64,000 bases of DNA, from positions 4,821,029 to 4,885,028 of the forward strand of contig NC_068997.1 of assembly GCF_001194135.2 (NCBI RefSeq). The letters are read 5' to 3'. Below the pieces are notes generated by a model, which was not told the origin of the DNA, made no database searches, and was given only the letters and a program-made list of their open reading frames with translations. The position numbers and the translations under genes were made by a program. The DNA comes from Octopus bimaculoides. Taxonomy: Eukaryota. Position 1 is the first letter of the stretch. Each line of letters starts with the position of its first letter. Positions 1-13,538 of this stretch are shown in pieces.

Positions 1-40
<40 letters not shown>

Positions 41-926
41 ATATATACATATATATATATGTTAAAAGACAATAGGGTAGGATTTAAGACAGATTTAACT
101 AGCATTTCTAGCTATTCCAATTGACCATATAGAGGCTCCTTCATTTGCTCATAGATATGTAATGTGTTTGAGTGGTAGACTAATCCATTGCCTAGTCTTT
201 TCACACCTTTAGTAAAGTCCACTTTATTGGTCCTGGTCCAATTTACCACCACCACACTGTCACACTGAATACCTTTAGTGAGTTTCACTGTAGTTGTCCT
301 GGCTCAGGTTAACACCACTAATTTGTCCTTCAGAGCCTTTAGTAAAGTCAATTCTGCTGGAAGCCTCCAGGCCAGGTCTCTGGTCTGTAGTAACTCAGAA
401 TGTTGCGACATTACTCCTTGGTGCCCCTTGTACCTCTGTTTGTGAATGGAACAAGTGGAAGTTGTTGCCACTACAAACAAACCACAGATACCTGCTCCTG
501 TTAATAAGATCTTGGAAGTGATCCCTATTAGCTGGCAGTCCCAACTGTGGATGCTGACCTTCTAACAATTCATCCAGATAGTGGTTAGCAGCAACAACCC
601 ATAAATCATGGTGCTGTCCACTGCCACCCCATCTGCAAATAATTTTTTTTAACAAAGCAAAAGATGCTGGCCAATGCTATTATATCAATTTTTGCCATTT
701 TGCCTAAAATTTCAGATTCCAAACGTCAATTGTCTCTGAGTTTTGAAATAAGAAACGTTATTACGCAGCATAACCTTTGCTGCATAATCTCATTGTTGTC
801 ATTGATGTTGTTGCTTTTAACATTGATATTTCATAATTTTTTTTTTTTTACATAACGTAAAACATGATTATGTTTGTTGTTGGAGAGAGTAATAAAGAGA
901 ACCACAAATATATAAAGTTTGTTTTA

Positions 927-966
<40 letters not shown>

Positions 967-2774
967 TGTCGTTTTCTCATTCTCATCTTCATCTGTGTCA
1001 GTTTGTTGGTATGTCTACATCCTCTCCATCACTATTATCACCATGTTATTATTTCTATAGCATCACCATTGCCACCACTACCACCACCACCACCATCATC
1101 AGTTCCATCATCATCCTCACCATTACCACCAGCCCCATCATAACTACCATCATCATCATCACCATATTAGTATATTTATTGTCTCTCTCTTTAAATGAAA
1201 CTCAGTTTTAAATAAAAAGACAAGACTGGTCAGATGGGATGGCCATGGCTGGAACATGATTGATCATATATCTTTTTAATCAGGACTGACTTGAACCTGG
1301 GGGCTAAAAAGCAACAACAAAAGAAGTCCTGGAACAAGTGGATCAAAAGATGTATTAGTAAAAGTGTTTAACAATGACACAGGTCACCAATGGCCTCCAC
1401 CACCACCCACCTCATCCCCAGTAGTTAACTGGTACTTCATTTTATTGTCAAGATTTGAACTTAAAATGTAAAGCAACATAACTAAATACCATAAGGTACT
1501 CTCTCTACAAAATCTACCGTCTAAGACTAGATTACCTTGCATGTACAGTGAGTTTATCACAATAGAACAGTCTGATTTGAGGGAACTTTAACTGCTACTT
1601 CTGGCAACAGATTTTCCCTTGTCAACACCAATGTTATTGCTGTTATTGTTTAACCCCAGGCTGGCCCCAATCAAGCAAATTTATGATCATGAACATTCTG
1701 TTCATGATCGCCCTATCTTTTTCATACAAAAAGTGCACTTAGAACTATATTATTTGATATGGCTATTATTTCTAGCATATCAAGTGGCCACAGAGGTTTC
1801 TCCTGTCAACATATCCCTTACCTATATCTGCAACAAAACCTCATTTAAATTGCATTTTCTTCAATCAAACCTGCCGTAATCATTAAAATAGAGTTTCTTT
1901 TTTTTAAATCAATGAAAGAGTAATTCATTTTAAAATGTTTTCCCAGTAATCTAAAATTGTTAAAAGATTGAAAGAAACAAATTAAAATTGTAATTTCAAT
2001 TCAACTGCAAATTTTATTTTAAAGAAACTGGATGATTTTTTTTATATATGTATATAGTTTTCATTTAATTTAGACAAAGTTTAAATTTCAGTTTTTTGAA
2101 ATATAAAAAATAAATATTTTGTCTTTATTTCCAAACATCTATTTTTTATCATTTCGAAATTTTAAACCAAAGAAAAAAAAAATGAAAAATACTAAACTTT
2201 TTATGGTAATTAATGGGAAAATCTAAAAATTGATTAGTGGCAAGTTCCTCGTTCAGCTACAAAATGAATAGTTTTCTTTTTTCCCAAAGAGCAGAATGTT
2301 GGTACTAAATCTTGACCTCATTTCCATTCAAAGAATTCCTCTGTATCTACACAAAAAAATGTGTATTTTGATACTAAAATAGTGTATAATGTTACCATTT
2401 AAGAATATGCTCATTTATGATGATTACTTAACGAGTTTGAACAAATTGCTGCTTAACTAGTGTCCTTTATATATGTTAATGTGTTTGTAATTAGGTTTTA
2501 CTATGCATATGTATGTGTTTGTGTGTGCCTGCGCACTTTAGCATTGCAATAGTCCAATGACTGAATCTAGTAAAAGATTGTGTGTGTGAGTGCATGTGCT
2601 CGTTCATTTTATGCTTGTTTTACCATGCTAGCAGGCACTGGACAATTACTTACTATTCAGACTTTGGTTTCTGTCACTCATCCTCACCTGTTTTCCAAGT
2701 AGGAGATCTTCTGTCTTCAAAAGCACAGAGCTATAAGTACAATTTCTTAATAGAATATGTAATCATTCGCATGC

Positions 2775-2807
<33 letters not shown>

Positions 2808-3999
2808 CACATAGTTGTGATTAAGAAGTTTGCTTCCTAACCACATGGTTTCTGGTTCAGTCCCACTGCATATCACTTTGTGCAAGTATCTTCTACTATA
2901 GCCCTGGGCTGACCAAAGCCTTGTGAGTATATCTGGTAGACAGAAACTGAAAGAAGCCCATTGTGTGTGTGTGTGTGCATATTTGTATTGGCATCCTGCA
3001 ATAATTTAATTGTATGTATCACCATCAGACAACTAGTGTCATTTGTTTCCAGTCTTCCCTGAAAACATATTTAGTCATGGAGAAATATTACTTTACTTGG
3101 AAACAGGTGAGGGTTAGCAACAGCAAGGGTATCCAACTGTAGTAAATTTGCTTCAGTAAATTCCATCTGAAGCAACTTTGACTCATTTGTTGTGTTTATA
3201 TTACCCTCATCAATGGTTAATCAACTCACCCAACACATCCCATTAATTTTGAACATGTGACAACCTTTTGTCCAATCAGCTTTAAATGATTATTTGCTAA
3301 CTGATTTTGACTGTGCTTTTTATAAATTTCCTTAAATGTCCACTTTTATCTGAAGATCAGTCACACTAAACTCAGAGTAATAGTCTGCAAAATTTTGAAC
3401 TAAACACACACTTGTGCATGCATGCGACAAACTACTGTGTGTCTGTATATGTTGTGTGGTTGTAAACATAGCCATAGACTACTTGAACTGTTGGATCTGT
3501 GATCAGATTAAATATATTTCGCCACTAACTTAAGTACCAAATTTCTGATTGACCATACTTCTTTTCCAGAGGCTATGCAACAATAACAATTACCAGATAA
3601 TGAGAAATTAAAGACACAAATTATCTCAACAGTTAGCTATAAAAATTGAATGAAAGTTGACTTGGAATGGTGTGGCACGCTGTTAATTACTTCCATTTAA
3701 TTACTTTCAATTAATGAATCAGTATAAATTAAATCTATTTCTTTATGGTACACTTCATTAGAAATACAAATATAATTTAAGAGAGCTAATTACTAGCAGA
3801 AAACAATCACACATCATTGCACTGGATATATCAGCTCTGTATATTAGAGGTGATTTTTGATAGATGGCAGACTCAGGGGGAAGAGCTATGACTAGGATAG
3901 TATACCTGGGTATATTAGAGGTGGTTGCTGATAGACCCTGAAGATCTATATTAGTACACTGTGAGATAAGTAGATTGCTACATGTGACCACTATACGTT

Positions 4000-4682
4000 A
4001 GAACAGCTGAATAAATAGTAGCAATTATTATTATTGCATTCAAATTTTGGCATAAGGCCAACAATCTTAGGGAAGGGGTAAGTTGATTACATTGACCCCA
4101 GTCTCTACTGATACTTATTTTCTTGACCCTGAAAGGATGAAAGGCAAACATCAACTTCTGCAGCACTTAAACTCAGAACATAAAGACGGATAAAATGCCA
4201 TTTAAGCATTTTGCCCAACGTGCTAACAATTCTGCCACTGCTTTAATTATTATTTAGGCAGCGAGCTGGCAGAATCGTTAGCATGCCAAGCTAAATGCTT
4301 AATAGTATTTCATCTGCTGCTACATTCTGAGTTCAAATTCCACCAAAGTCAACTTTGCCTTTCATCCTTTTGGGGTCAATAAATTAAGTACCCGTGAAAC
4401 ACTGGGGTCAATGTAATCAACTAATCCCCTCCTCCCAAATTTGGGGCCTTGTGCCTCTAGTAGAAAGGATTATTATTATTAAGGCAGTGAGCTAGCAGAA
4501 TCGTTAGCACGCTGGACTAAATGCTTTGTGGCATTTCATCCATCCTTACGTTTTGAGTTCAAATTCCACCAGGGTCAGCTTTACCTTTCATCCCTTTCAA
4601 AGGGTCGGTGTAATCGACTTAGCCCCCTCCCCCAAAACTGCTCACCTTATGCCAAAATTTGGAACCATTATTGCTATTATTA
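4000..4682. mobile_element. SINE family A: one minus copy, then two tandem plus copies
   Basis: Minus copy 4000-4250; plus copies about 4255-4470 and 4480-4682. Confidence 0.85.
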
Positions 4683-5150
4683 ATAGATGAACCCAGCTGA
4701 AGATTTTTGGCAGGGTTCCAACACCTGTAAAATATTGGTGATTGCCAAAAGTCCAATTAATAAGAAATCACAAAAATATCAAATCCTTCTAAGACATGGG
4801 GCCAGTTTCTAGTTTTATTTGTTGGTCTTGTAGGCTGGTGTTCTGGTATGTTTTGTGATGAGGTGTCTAAGTATTTGTGGGTGGGAAGGTCATGTCAGAA
4901 CTACATTATTTTAATGTATCCTTCAATTTTTAAAACAGTAGTGTAATTTATGGAAAATTTGTCTATTATTTCAAGCAAGTCAAGTGTTCAGTGGGTCGGT
5001 GCTGTGGTGATGTGTGCCAACATAGTGTATGTGGTTACATGCTCTGACATATTGTATATGGTGACATGACTAGCTGTTTCTGGCTGGTTGGGCATGGTTG
5101 CGAGAATAAGACAGAATACTCCCAGGAATCATCTGTTTGACACAAAATTG
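4683..5150 (-). mobile_element. Very degenerate R4/Dong-like 3' fragment
   Basis: Frameshifted remnants KYL..IPEH-SLQ..-..G.AHVL resemble the REL tail. It abuts a SINE ATT tail at about 4680. Confidence 0.35.
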
Positions 5151-5921
5151 ATGAAAGCCATGGAAATTAGTTAATGTTTTGTTGATTTATTTCATGGTAA
5201 AAACAAAAATTGAAGAAACTCTGCAGAATATTAAATTAGATCGATAATATATAGCAAATCTCTTGTATACATTTCCACAGTTGATGTAATCACTCTAGCA
5301 AATCTATAGTCTATTGGGAATATGTGGTAGTGATGCGACAGTAGAAATGCAATATTAACACTTTCCTCACTATATTTCTAATGAGTAAACAGCTGTCTGT
5401 TTCTTTTTATTTTAATTAATTTTTAATGTAATCAAGATTTTAAAAGTGTTTAGTAAAATGTCTGTAACTTTATATTTTAAAATACATTATGCTGGTGTTG
5501 ACCAACTGTTATATAGCATCATCATCATCATCATAGTTTTAATGTACTCTTTTCCATGCTTGCATGGCTCAGAAGCAGTTCGTTGAGGCAAATTTTCAAA
5601 TGGCTGATGCTCTTCCTTTCACAAACCAGACATGTTTTTGCAGAATATTACAAACAAAACAAACAACACTGTTTATATGATGGTGACACTTGAATACAAC
5701 TATGATATAACGTCAGACAAGAGAGCAGCAAACATGCACGCATACACACACATGATGGGTTTCACTCAGTTTCCATCTACCAAATACACTACCAAGTCTT
5801 TGGTCAACCTAGAGCTATAGTAGAAGATACTTGCCTAATGTACCACACAATATGACCGTATTTGAAACCATGTAATGGGGAAGCAAACTTCATAACCAGA
5901 CCTCCATGCCCCTCTCTCTCA

Positions 5922-5972
<51 letters not shown>

Positions 5973-6012
5973 GTTCATATATTTTTACTTCCATTTTTTC
6001 ACGCTAGCATGG

Positions 6013-6057
<45 letters not shown>

Positions 6058-6109
6058 CAAATCACCAAGATGCCTGGTGCCTTGCTGTACTCAAGAAGAC
6101 CCATACTCC

Positions 6110-6423
6110 ACAAAAGAAGTGTTAAGACTAGTCCCTCTGGTGGTGAAAAGCATTCATGGTGATGCCACATTAAAGTGCCTGTGTGGTACCATGTAAAAGT
6201 ATCTGTGCAGTGCAGCATAAAAGTACCTATACAGTGCCACATAAAAACACTTGTGTGGCACTATGTAAAAACACTCAGCACATTCTGTAAAGTGGTTAGC
6301 ATTATGGAGGGCCTCTAGCCATAAAAACTATGCCAAATCAGACTGGAGTCTGGTGCAGCTTGCTAGCTCTGGTCAAACCGTCCAACCCATGCCAGCATGG
6401 ACAACGGGTATTAAATGATGATG
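6110..6423 (+). mobile_element. RTE LINE 3' UTR with 24-bp minisatellite and (GAT)n tail
   Basis: caaaccgtccaacccatgccagcatgga..gatgatg tail, with five ~24-bp units upstream. Confidence 0.7.
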
Positions 6424-8180
6424 GTATATATTATAGATATATATATATATATATATATTAAAGACATGCAACTGTAATGATTTTTTAGACAACTGACAAG
6501 GAATAGGCATGTCCATGTCTTGCGTGTGAATTTTCTGGTCATTCCTTCGTCTTGCTCCTGTTAAATTTTTGAAACTTATATTTATCAGGTGCAGGTATAG
6601 CTGTATGGTTATTAAGTCCACTTCACAATCATGTGGTTTGGGGTTCAGTTCTATTGCGTTGCACCTTGGGCATGTGTCTTCTACTATGACCATGGGTTAA
6701 CCAATGTCTTACAAGTGAATTTGATGAACAAAAACTGTAAGAATCCCATTGACTTCACCCTTGCACATTCATTGCAAACAAATGATACTGTTTGTATGTT
6801 TGCAATCTGTCCCCAAAACATGTCCAGCCATTGAGTTGTTTATTGATTGTGGGACTGGTAGCAATGACAACAGCAACTGGGTCATTATTGATGTTGTTGT
6901 TTACCCCACTCACTCCAGGAAAGTGGGCAAGTTTCTGCAGTTTCTAGCTGACCAAGTGCCTACCTAAAGATGTTGTATCTCACTGCTGCTGTTGTTTGTG
7001 TGTTTTACTGAAATGCAGAAACTAAACCATTTTCAGGTTTTCCTCAGCTCAAAGTTGTGTTTCTACCAAGACCCACTGTTGTCGCCAAAGGAACATTCAG
7101 TATCAACAATCAGTTATGGTTCCACTAAAAACAAATCTATTCTCCAACAACTTTCTCTCTCTCAACATAAAGTACTTTTTTTCAATGCTTCACTGAAATT
7201 TTATCAAATTACCATTCAAAGAATCACTTTTTGAACTTTATTTCGCTTTATATCTCATGGTGGCAGTGCTTTCAAATCAACTTGGTGTGTGTGTGTGTGT
7301 GTGTGTGCGTGTGCGTGTGTGTGTGTATGTGTGTGTGTGCATATGTATATATGTGTGTGTGTATTGATATATGTGTGTGTGTGTTGTGTGCTTGTAATTG
7401 TGTATGTAACCTGTGTGTGTATTCATGCATGTGTGTACTCTATCTGTATATTTGTGTGTATGTGTTTGTGTAATGTATGTGGGTGTATGATAGAATTATA
7501 CTTCCAAGGTTTGCCAAGAACTATGTTTCAACATCGTAGTTTGTATATATATATATTTGTGTGTCTATGTGTTTAGGTGTGTGTATATAAAAGAATTGTT
7601 TTCTCCAAGACCAAACTAAAATTCTAAACAATTGCAAACCATTTCTCACCAACCTGCCATTCTTCCCACATTGAAACATTATAGTGAATCTGTCTCCTTT
7701 CTTAGTTTGTTAAAAGCCATGTTCAAATTCTTGTTCAGTATGATCTGTTCACTCCATCATTCAGTGGGATCTGTTCACTCCATCATTCAGTGGGATCTGT
7801 TCACTTAATGCTTTCTCATTCAACATGATCAGTTTGCACTACTCAATGTGATGTGTTTGCTTAGTTAAATCTCTATTGTTCAGCATGTTCCTTGTCCTGT
7901 TCACTTTGAACACTGTTGTTTAATGCTTTGGTTCAACAACAGCATTAACAAAAACATTGTGATATGTTAACTTTGTCAACAATGCAAGTTCTGGTCATTC
8001 TTATATACCTTTTTTTTCCTTTTTCCCCAACCACATGGTTCCATGTTTAGTCCCACTGTGTAGCATCTTAAGCAAGTATCTTCTACTATAGCCTCCAAAG
8101 CCTTGTGAGTGGATCTGATTGACATAAACTGAAAGAAGCCTGTCATAATATATATANNNNNNNNNNTATATATATATATA

Positions 8181-8316
8181 TCATCATCATCATCATCGTT
8201 TAACGTCCGCTTTCCATGCTAGCATGGGTTGGACGATTTGACTGAGGACTGGTGAAACCGGATGGCAACACCAGGCTCCAGTCCGATTTGGCAGAGTTTC
8301 TACAGCTGGATGCCCT
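8181..8316 (-). mobile_element. Young RTE-type LINE 3' tail copy
   Basis: (CAT)n followed by cgtttaacgtccgctttccatgctagcatgggttggacg..., almost identical to the copies at 52141 and 53815. Confidence 0.8.
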
Positions 8317-8418
8317 ATGTATATGTCACCAAGACTTTCTCCTGATATGATAGTGATTAACCAGTGAAATTTTTGGATTATTTAATCCCTAATGAGGACA
8401 TGACATTCTCAGATTGAC

Positions 8419-8455
<37 letters not shown>

Positions 8456-11073
8456 CTCTGTGTGTGTCTCTTTGTGTCTGTGTTTGTCCCTCACCAGCCC
8501 TTGGCAACTGGTGTTGGTGTGTTTATATCCCTGTAACTTAGTGGTTCAGAAAAAGAGAAAAAAAGTCCTGGGTTGATTTGTTCAACTAAAACCTTTCAAG
8601 TCGGTGCCCCAGCATGGCTACAGTCAAATGACTGAAACAAGTAAAAGAAGATTTACGTTGTCTAACTCTGTCAGTGCTGATCCACCTGTCCTTTCTTCAG
8701 AGATATTCCAGCTATGTCCACCTTGCCTATTTTTTGATACAATGTACCTAGGACCATATTACATAATGTGTCATTTACAAAAAAGTGATGTTTGATTTGA
8801 GGGCAATTTGGGTGTTATTTCTAGTTAATGCATGCTGCCACATAATCTGTCATTGGCTTGTGTGTATGTGTATGTGTTATATCAGTGATGTGTGTGTACT
8901 TGACGCATCTGTGCTGTGTCTCAGGCATGCATATAGACAAGCACATACACGCACTTTTTCTACCTGTTAAAACAGTGTTTATCATTGTCATCAACACCAA
9001 CACTATTATCTCTGCCTTCATTATCATTCTGATCGACATTGTCATCTTGTCATTGTTGGTTATCTCAATTGACATGAGAGTCATCGATGTTATCGCAAAC
9101 CATTGTCATCATTCTCATCATCATTCACAGCAAAAATCATTATCATCAACTTCATAGTCACCATCATCACTCTTATCATCATCTTCATTCCACTGTCATC
9201 ACCACCACCACTGACTCCACTATTACCATTGTCATGACTTCACCATCACCATTACCAACATCACCCCCATCGCTATCATCACTACTACCATCACCATCAC
9301 CACCACCCCTATCACCCACCATCACCACCACCCCTATCACCCACCATCACCACCACCCCTATCACCCACCATCACCCACCATCACCATTATCATTATCAC
9401 CAGCTTCATGCTGCTTGTTATTCCATAACAAATTTGTTACAACTTCCTGTTGTGTTAATTCTTCGTTACATTAGTACAATTAAATATCTTCAGTGTTTTT
9501 TCTCCTACTACAAAACTATTTTGGCACAAAATTCTTCATGCTATTGAATGCACCACCACCATCAACACCATCCTGTCACTACTTTTTCCCCACCCACCTC
9601 CAGAGCTAGTTAGCGCTGTCTGACAGCAATTTGGAAGTAATGTCTTATCAGTGATATATCACAGCTTACTGAGGCTGGGGTTGGGTAACTGCTTGTTGCT
9701 CTACCCCCTGGGATATTTAACAATCTTAACCCCCACTTCCAACAACTTAACGATGCAGAAATAACATTATAAGGTGGTGGATGAAATTATTACACAACAT
9801 GAAAATGTGTTTAATGACATAAATAATTAAAATCATATACTTAATGACATGAATGGCTTTAAATACATCCCATCATTTTATTTTTATTATTTTACTTATA
9901 AATAATGTTATATCTTCCAGTTTGCCTTTTCCCTAAAACAGGCACACACACACACACACACACACACACGTGTGTGTGCATCAACTGAATAGAGAGCATT
10001 GTACATCTTAATTCACCTTGATTGAGTGTAATTCATGAAAGAGCTTAATTTACAAACAATTATAAATATTTTTGGTGGTGTGACATATAAGTCTCTGGTA
10101 GTAAAAATATTGCAAGAAAAAAAACAATATATCATGTTAAATCAAATATGCATAAACTGCCTAATATATATCGCATACTTAGTGACTTAAAAGTTACTTT
10201 TTGAACCTGGAGTTGTATAGCATTTGTCATCTTATCAGGATTACTTCATTAATTTTGATATGGGATAAGCTGTCGGATACATTGATTAAAAAATTTTATT
10301 AATCAAGAATTTTTTCTTTTAATTCTATACAAGCCAATATATATGCTAACTAGCCATAGACCATGATCAACTGGATCTCGTGTGTGTGTGTGTATACACA
10401 CACATGCATATACACATTTATACATATATGTGTATATGTATATGCACACACACACACACACACACGTTTACTGTCCGTTTTCCATGCTGGTATGGATTAG
10501 ATGGTCTGACAGGTTCCAGCAAGCCGCAGGATATACTGAGCTCCAATGTCAGCTTGGGTTTTGTACCCGGTACACACTGTGAGTAAGGTTGGCATTAGGA
10601 AGGATACTCAACCATTGAAAAAAAAAACATTTTTCTGACATCACAATTTAAATATATACTTTAACCATGTAACACAAGCCTTCTGTAGTTTTTTCACTCT
10701 TGTTTATCTTGTTTATCTGTTAAAGTCTGTTATACCGGCCATGATGAAATACCACAAGGTATAGAAAATACATATTCGCCTTTATATATTTATATATTTA
10801 ATCCTTTATATTGAACACTCAATATTTCATCTATTCAATAAGACATATTCCATATATTCAATAAGACATTCAATACTTTATTTCATAGTACCATCCATTT
10901 TTATTTTATATTATATATTGTATATTCCATATTCTATATCCCACATTGGTTTTGCAGGAATATAAATAAAACATAAAAAACAGACAGTGTTGGAACTCTT
11001 TTAAACAAAATAATATATTCCTCTATACACAATCATACAAAAAACCCCTTTTTTTGTATTTATTTTTACTCGC

Positions 11074-11106
<33 letters not shown>

Positions 11107-11699
11107 TATATATATCAGCATCATTTAAATGACCATGTACCATGCTGACATGGGTTGCATGGTTTGACAAGATCCAGTGGTGCAAGGACTGCATCATGCT
11201 TCAGTGTCTGTTTTGGCATAGTTTTACAAGGGTAATTGGGTGGTGCTGGAAAGAGATGAAATGTATGTGTGTGTAGATAGATGCATAGATACTAGTGCAT
11301 GACCTGTTGTTTTATGCCTGGATTAAGTAATACTTTACTTCATTGAAATATAGGTATATATGCAAAAAAAATTAAGTAAATAAAGGTAAAAGTATATTGA
11401 AATGATTTTGACCTATTAAAAAAGAAACATTTAATAGGTCAAAATGCATAAAGCTCATTGGCATTTTCTGATGTATTTTCTCTCTAAAGAGTGAATTTAG
11501 TCTGTGGAGCAGTTGAGATATATAAAAATGTAAGAAAATAATCATTCAACTGTTTTTGTTTGTTTTTTTAATGGTTGAATGGAGGAAACTGAGGTGGACA
11601 GTGCTTGTGGGTTGTGTAGGTTAATTGTGTATTGGGTGAGAGCTAGAAGTAAAAACAGTGATAGACAGATAAACAGATCAATCGGGTGATAAAAACAGT

Positions 11700-12345
11700 G
11701 ATAGATATTAAGGTTGAATGTCTGGAAACAATGCCTTGCAGTATTTCTTCTGGCTTTTTACATTCTTAGTTCAAATCCCACCAAGGCTGACTTTGCTTTT
11801 CATCCTTTTGAGGTTGATAAAATAATGTACTGATCAAATACATGGGTCAGTGGTGTTGGCTAAACCTTGTGCCTGTATCATAAACCATTATTGAGATGGC
11901 AAACTGGCTGAATTGTTAGAGTGATGAAGAAAAATGCTCAGTGATATTTTTTCTGACTCATTACATTCTGAGTTCAAATTCTGCACTGGTCAACTTTGCT
12001 TTCATCTCTCAATGATATAAAGTACAAATCAAATACTGGGGCTGTCCTCTCCTCCTAAAAATTGCTAGTCCTGTGCCAAAATTTTAAACAGTTCTTCTGA
12101 TATCATCATCATCATCAAGGTATGAAGCTGGAAGAATCGTTAGAGTATGAGAAAATAGTGCCTGGTGGTATTTCTTTTGGTTCTTCACATTCAGAGTTCA
12201 AATCCCAGTGAGGTCAGCTTTGCCTTTCATCCTTTTGGAGCTGATAAAGTAAAGTACCAGTCACATACTGGGGTCAGTGATATCAACTAGACCCCTATCC
12301 TGAAAACTGCTGGCTTTACACCTAAATCGGAAAGTGTCATCATCA
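11700..12345 (+). mobile_element. Three tandem SINE family A copies
   Basis: gttcaaat B-box and tttgcttttcatc motifs repeated about every 210 bp. Confidence 0.8.
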
Positions 12346-12595
12346 TCATCATTGCACCACAACATCACTGCACCACCCCCACCACTATATCAGCATTATG
12401 TCACTCCATCACCCTCCTCCCTCTCCATCACCATAACTACCACACCACTTAAGAAACATAGATTCCTTAGAAATACACCAACATGGTGAGTGGCACCAAC
12501 CATTCCTGTAGAACATTATGTTATCTTGTGTGATTGTTGGGATTCTCTCAGCAACGAAATGTGAAGAGATAAGAGAGGCTGTATATCACTGTATA

Positions 12596-12634
<39 letters not shown>

Positions 12635-12826
12635 CATACACGCATACATACACACACACATACATACACACACTACTCTGATATATATGCTCTTTGTATT
12701 TTTATGCTACCACTTACATTTTTTTTTCTTTTTGTGCAGATTTGTCTTGCTTTGATTTTCTTCTACCATCCCCTCCGCCCTTCCACTACACATAACTTTA
12801 ATTTATTATTATTATTATTATTATTA

Positions 12827-13053
12827 TTAACCTTTTGATACCAACCTACCTGAGATCATCCCTGCTTTTATGATACAAACTTCCTGTTTTAAAGTCATTT
12901 AAATTAAAACCTTCCATCAAAATTTCATGGTAATTTATGTTCCAAACCCCTGCTTAATAGTGACAGTTATTTCACTAAAATTCTTCAGTTTTCAAAATCA
13001 ATTAAAACAGAGGCAGTTTTATTTCAATAAAAATATTGTGACAAAAGGATTAA
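12827..13053. mobile_element. piggyBac-type MITE
   Basis: TTAA at both ends with degenerate inverted termini ttaacctttt / aaaaggattaa; 227 bp and non-coding. Confidence 0.55.
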
Positions 13054-13054
13054 G

Positions 13055-13276
13055 AGAGAAAGCTGGCAGAATGGTTAGCACACCAGACAAAATGGTTAGC
13101 AGCATTTTTTCTGTCTTAACATTCTGAGTTCAAATGCTATTGAGGTCAACTTTACATTTCATCCTTTCAGAGTCAGTAAAATAAAGTATCTGTCAAGTAC
13201 TGGGGTCAATATAACTGTCTGGCTTCCTCCTGTCAAAAGTTGCTGGCCTTGTGCCAAAATTTGTAATGATTATTAT
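13055..13276 (+). mobile_element. SINE family A copy
   Basis: Full unit ending gccttgtgccaaaatttgtaatgattattat. Confidence 0.85.
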
Positions 13277-13538
13277 AGATTTCACAGTATACAATATTGT
13301 GATGTTGATTGAAGATATTGTGTGTACTGGGGATTTGTGCTGTTAAACAGACATCACTTTATGTTGTATGCATGCAATTCCAAGTGAAGTCAATTTTCAC
13401 AATATACCAAGATTGTAAGGTATTTCTAAAGTGTTCAGATGTTTCTGTGGGTTGGGTGGTTTTCGACCTAATGCTCCAATGACAACAGGAACAACCTTCA
13501 AGTTTGACTCTCACTGCTGTCACATCTTGACAATCTCA
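13269..13538 (-). mobile_element. Second, older R4/Dong-like 3' fragment
   Basis: The minus strand reads KVVPVVIGALG..KHLNTLEIPYNLG.L.K..SLGIA.IQHKVM, the REL C-terminus, and ends in the adjacent SINE's ATT tail. Confidence 0.7.

Noticed and set aside
2704-2737. Possible upstream exon (GDLLSSKAQSYK) in phase with 16863
   Set aside because: The donor gtacaa is weak and there is no homology support. ATG|gtgagt at about 12485 is a good donor but in the wrong phase.
864-9428. ORFs rich in CV, YI, HT, poly-H/P/T (for example 864-1211, 7231-7576, 9087-9428, and later 22062-22475)
   Set aside because: Translations of (TG)n, (TA)n, (CA)n and (CAC/CAT)n microsatellites.
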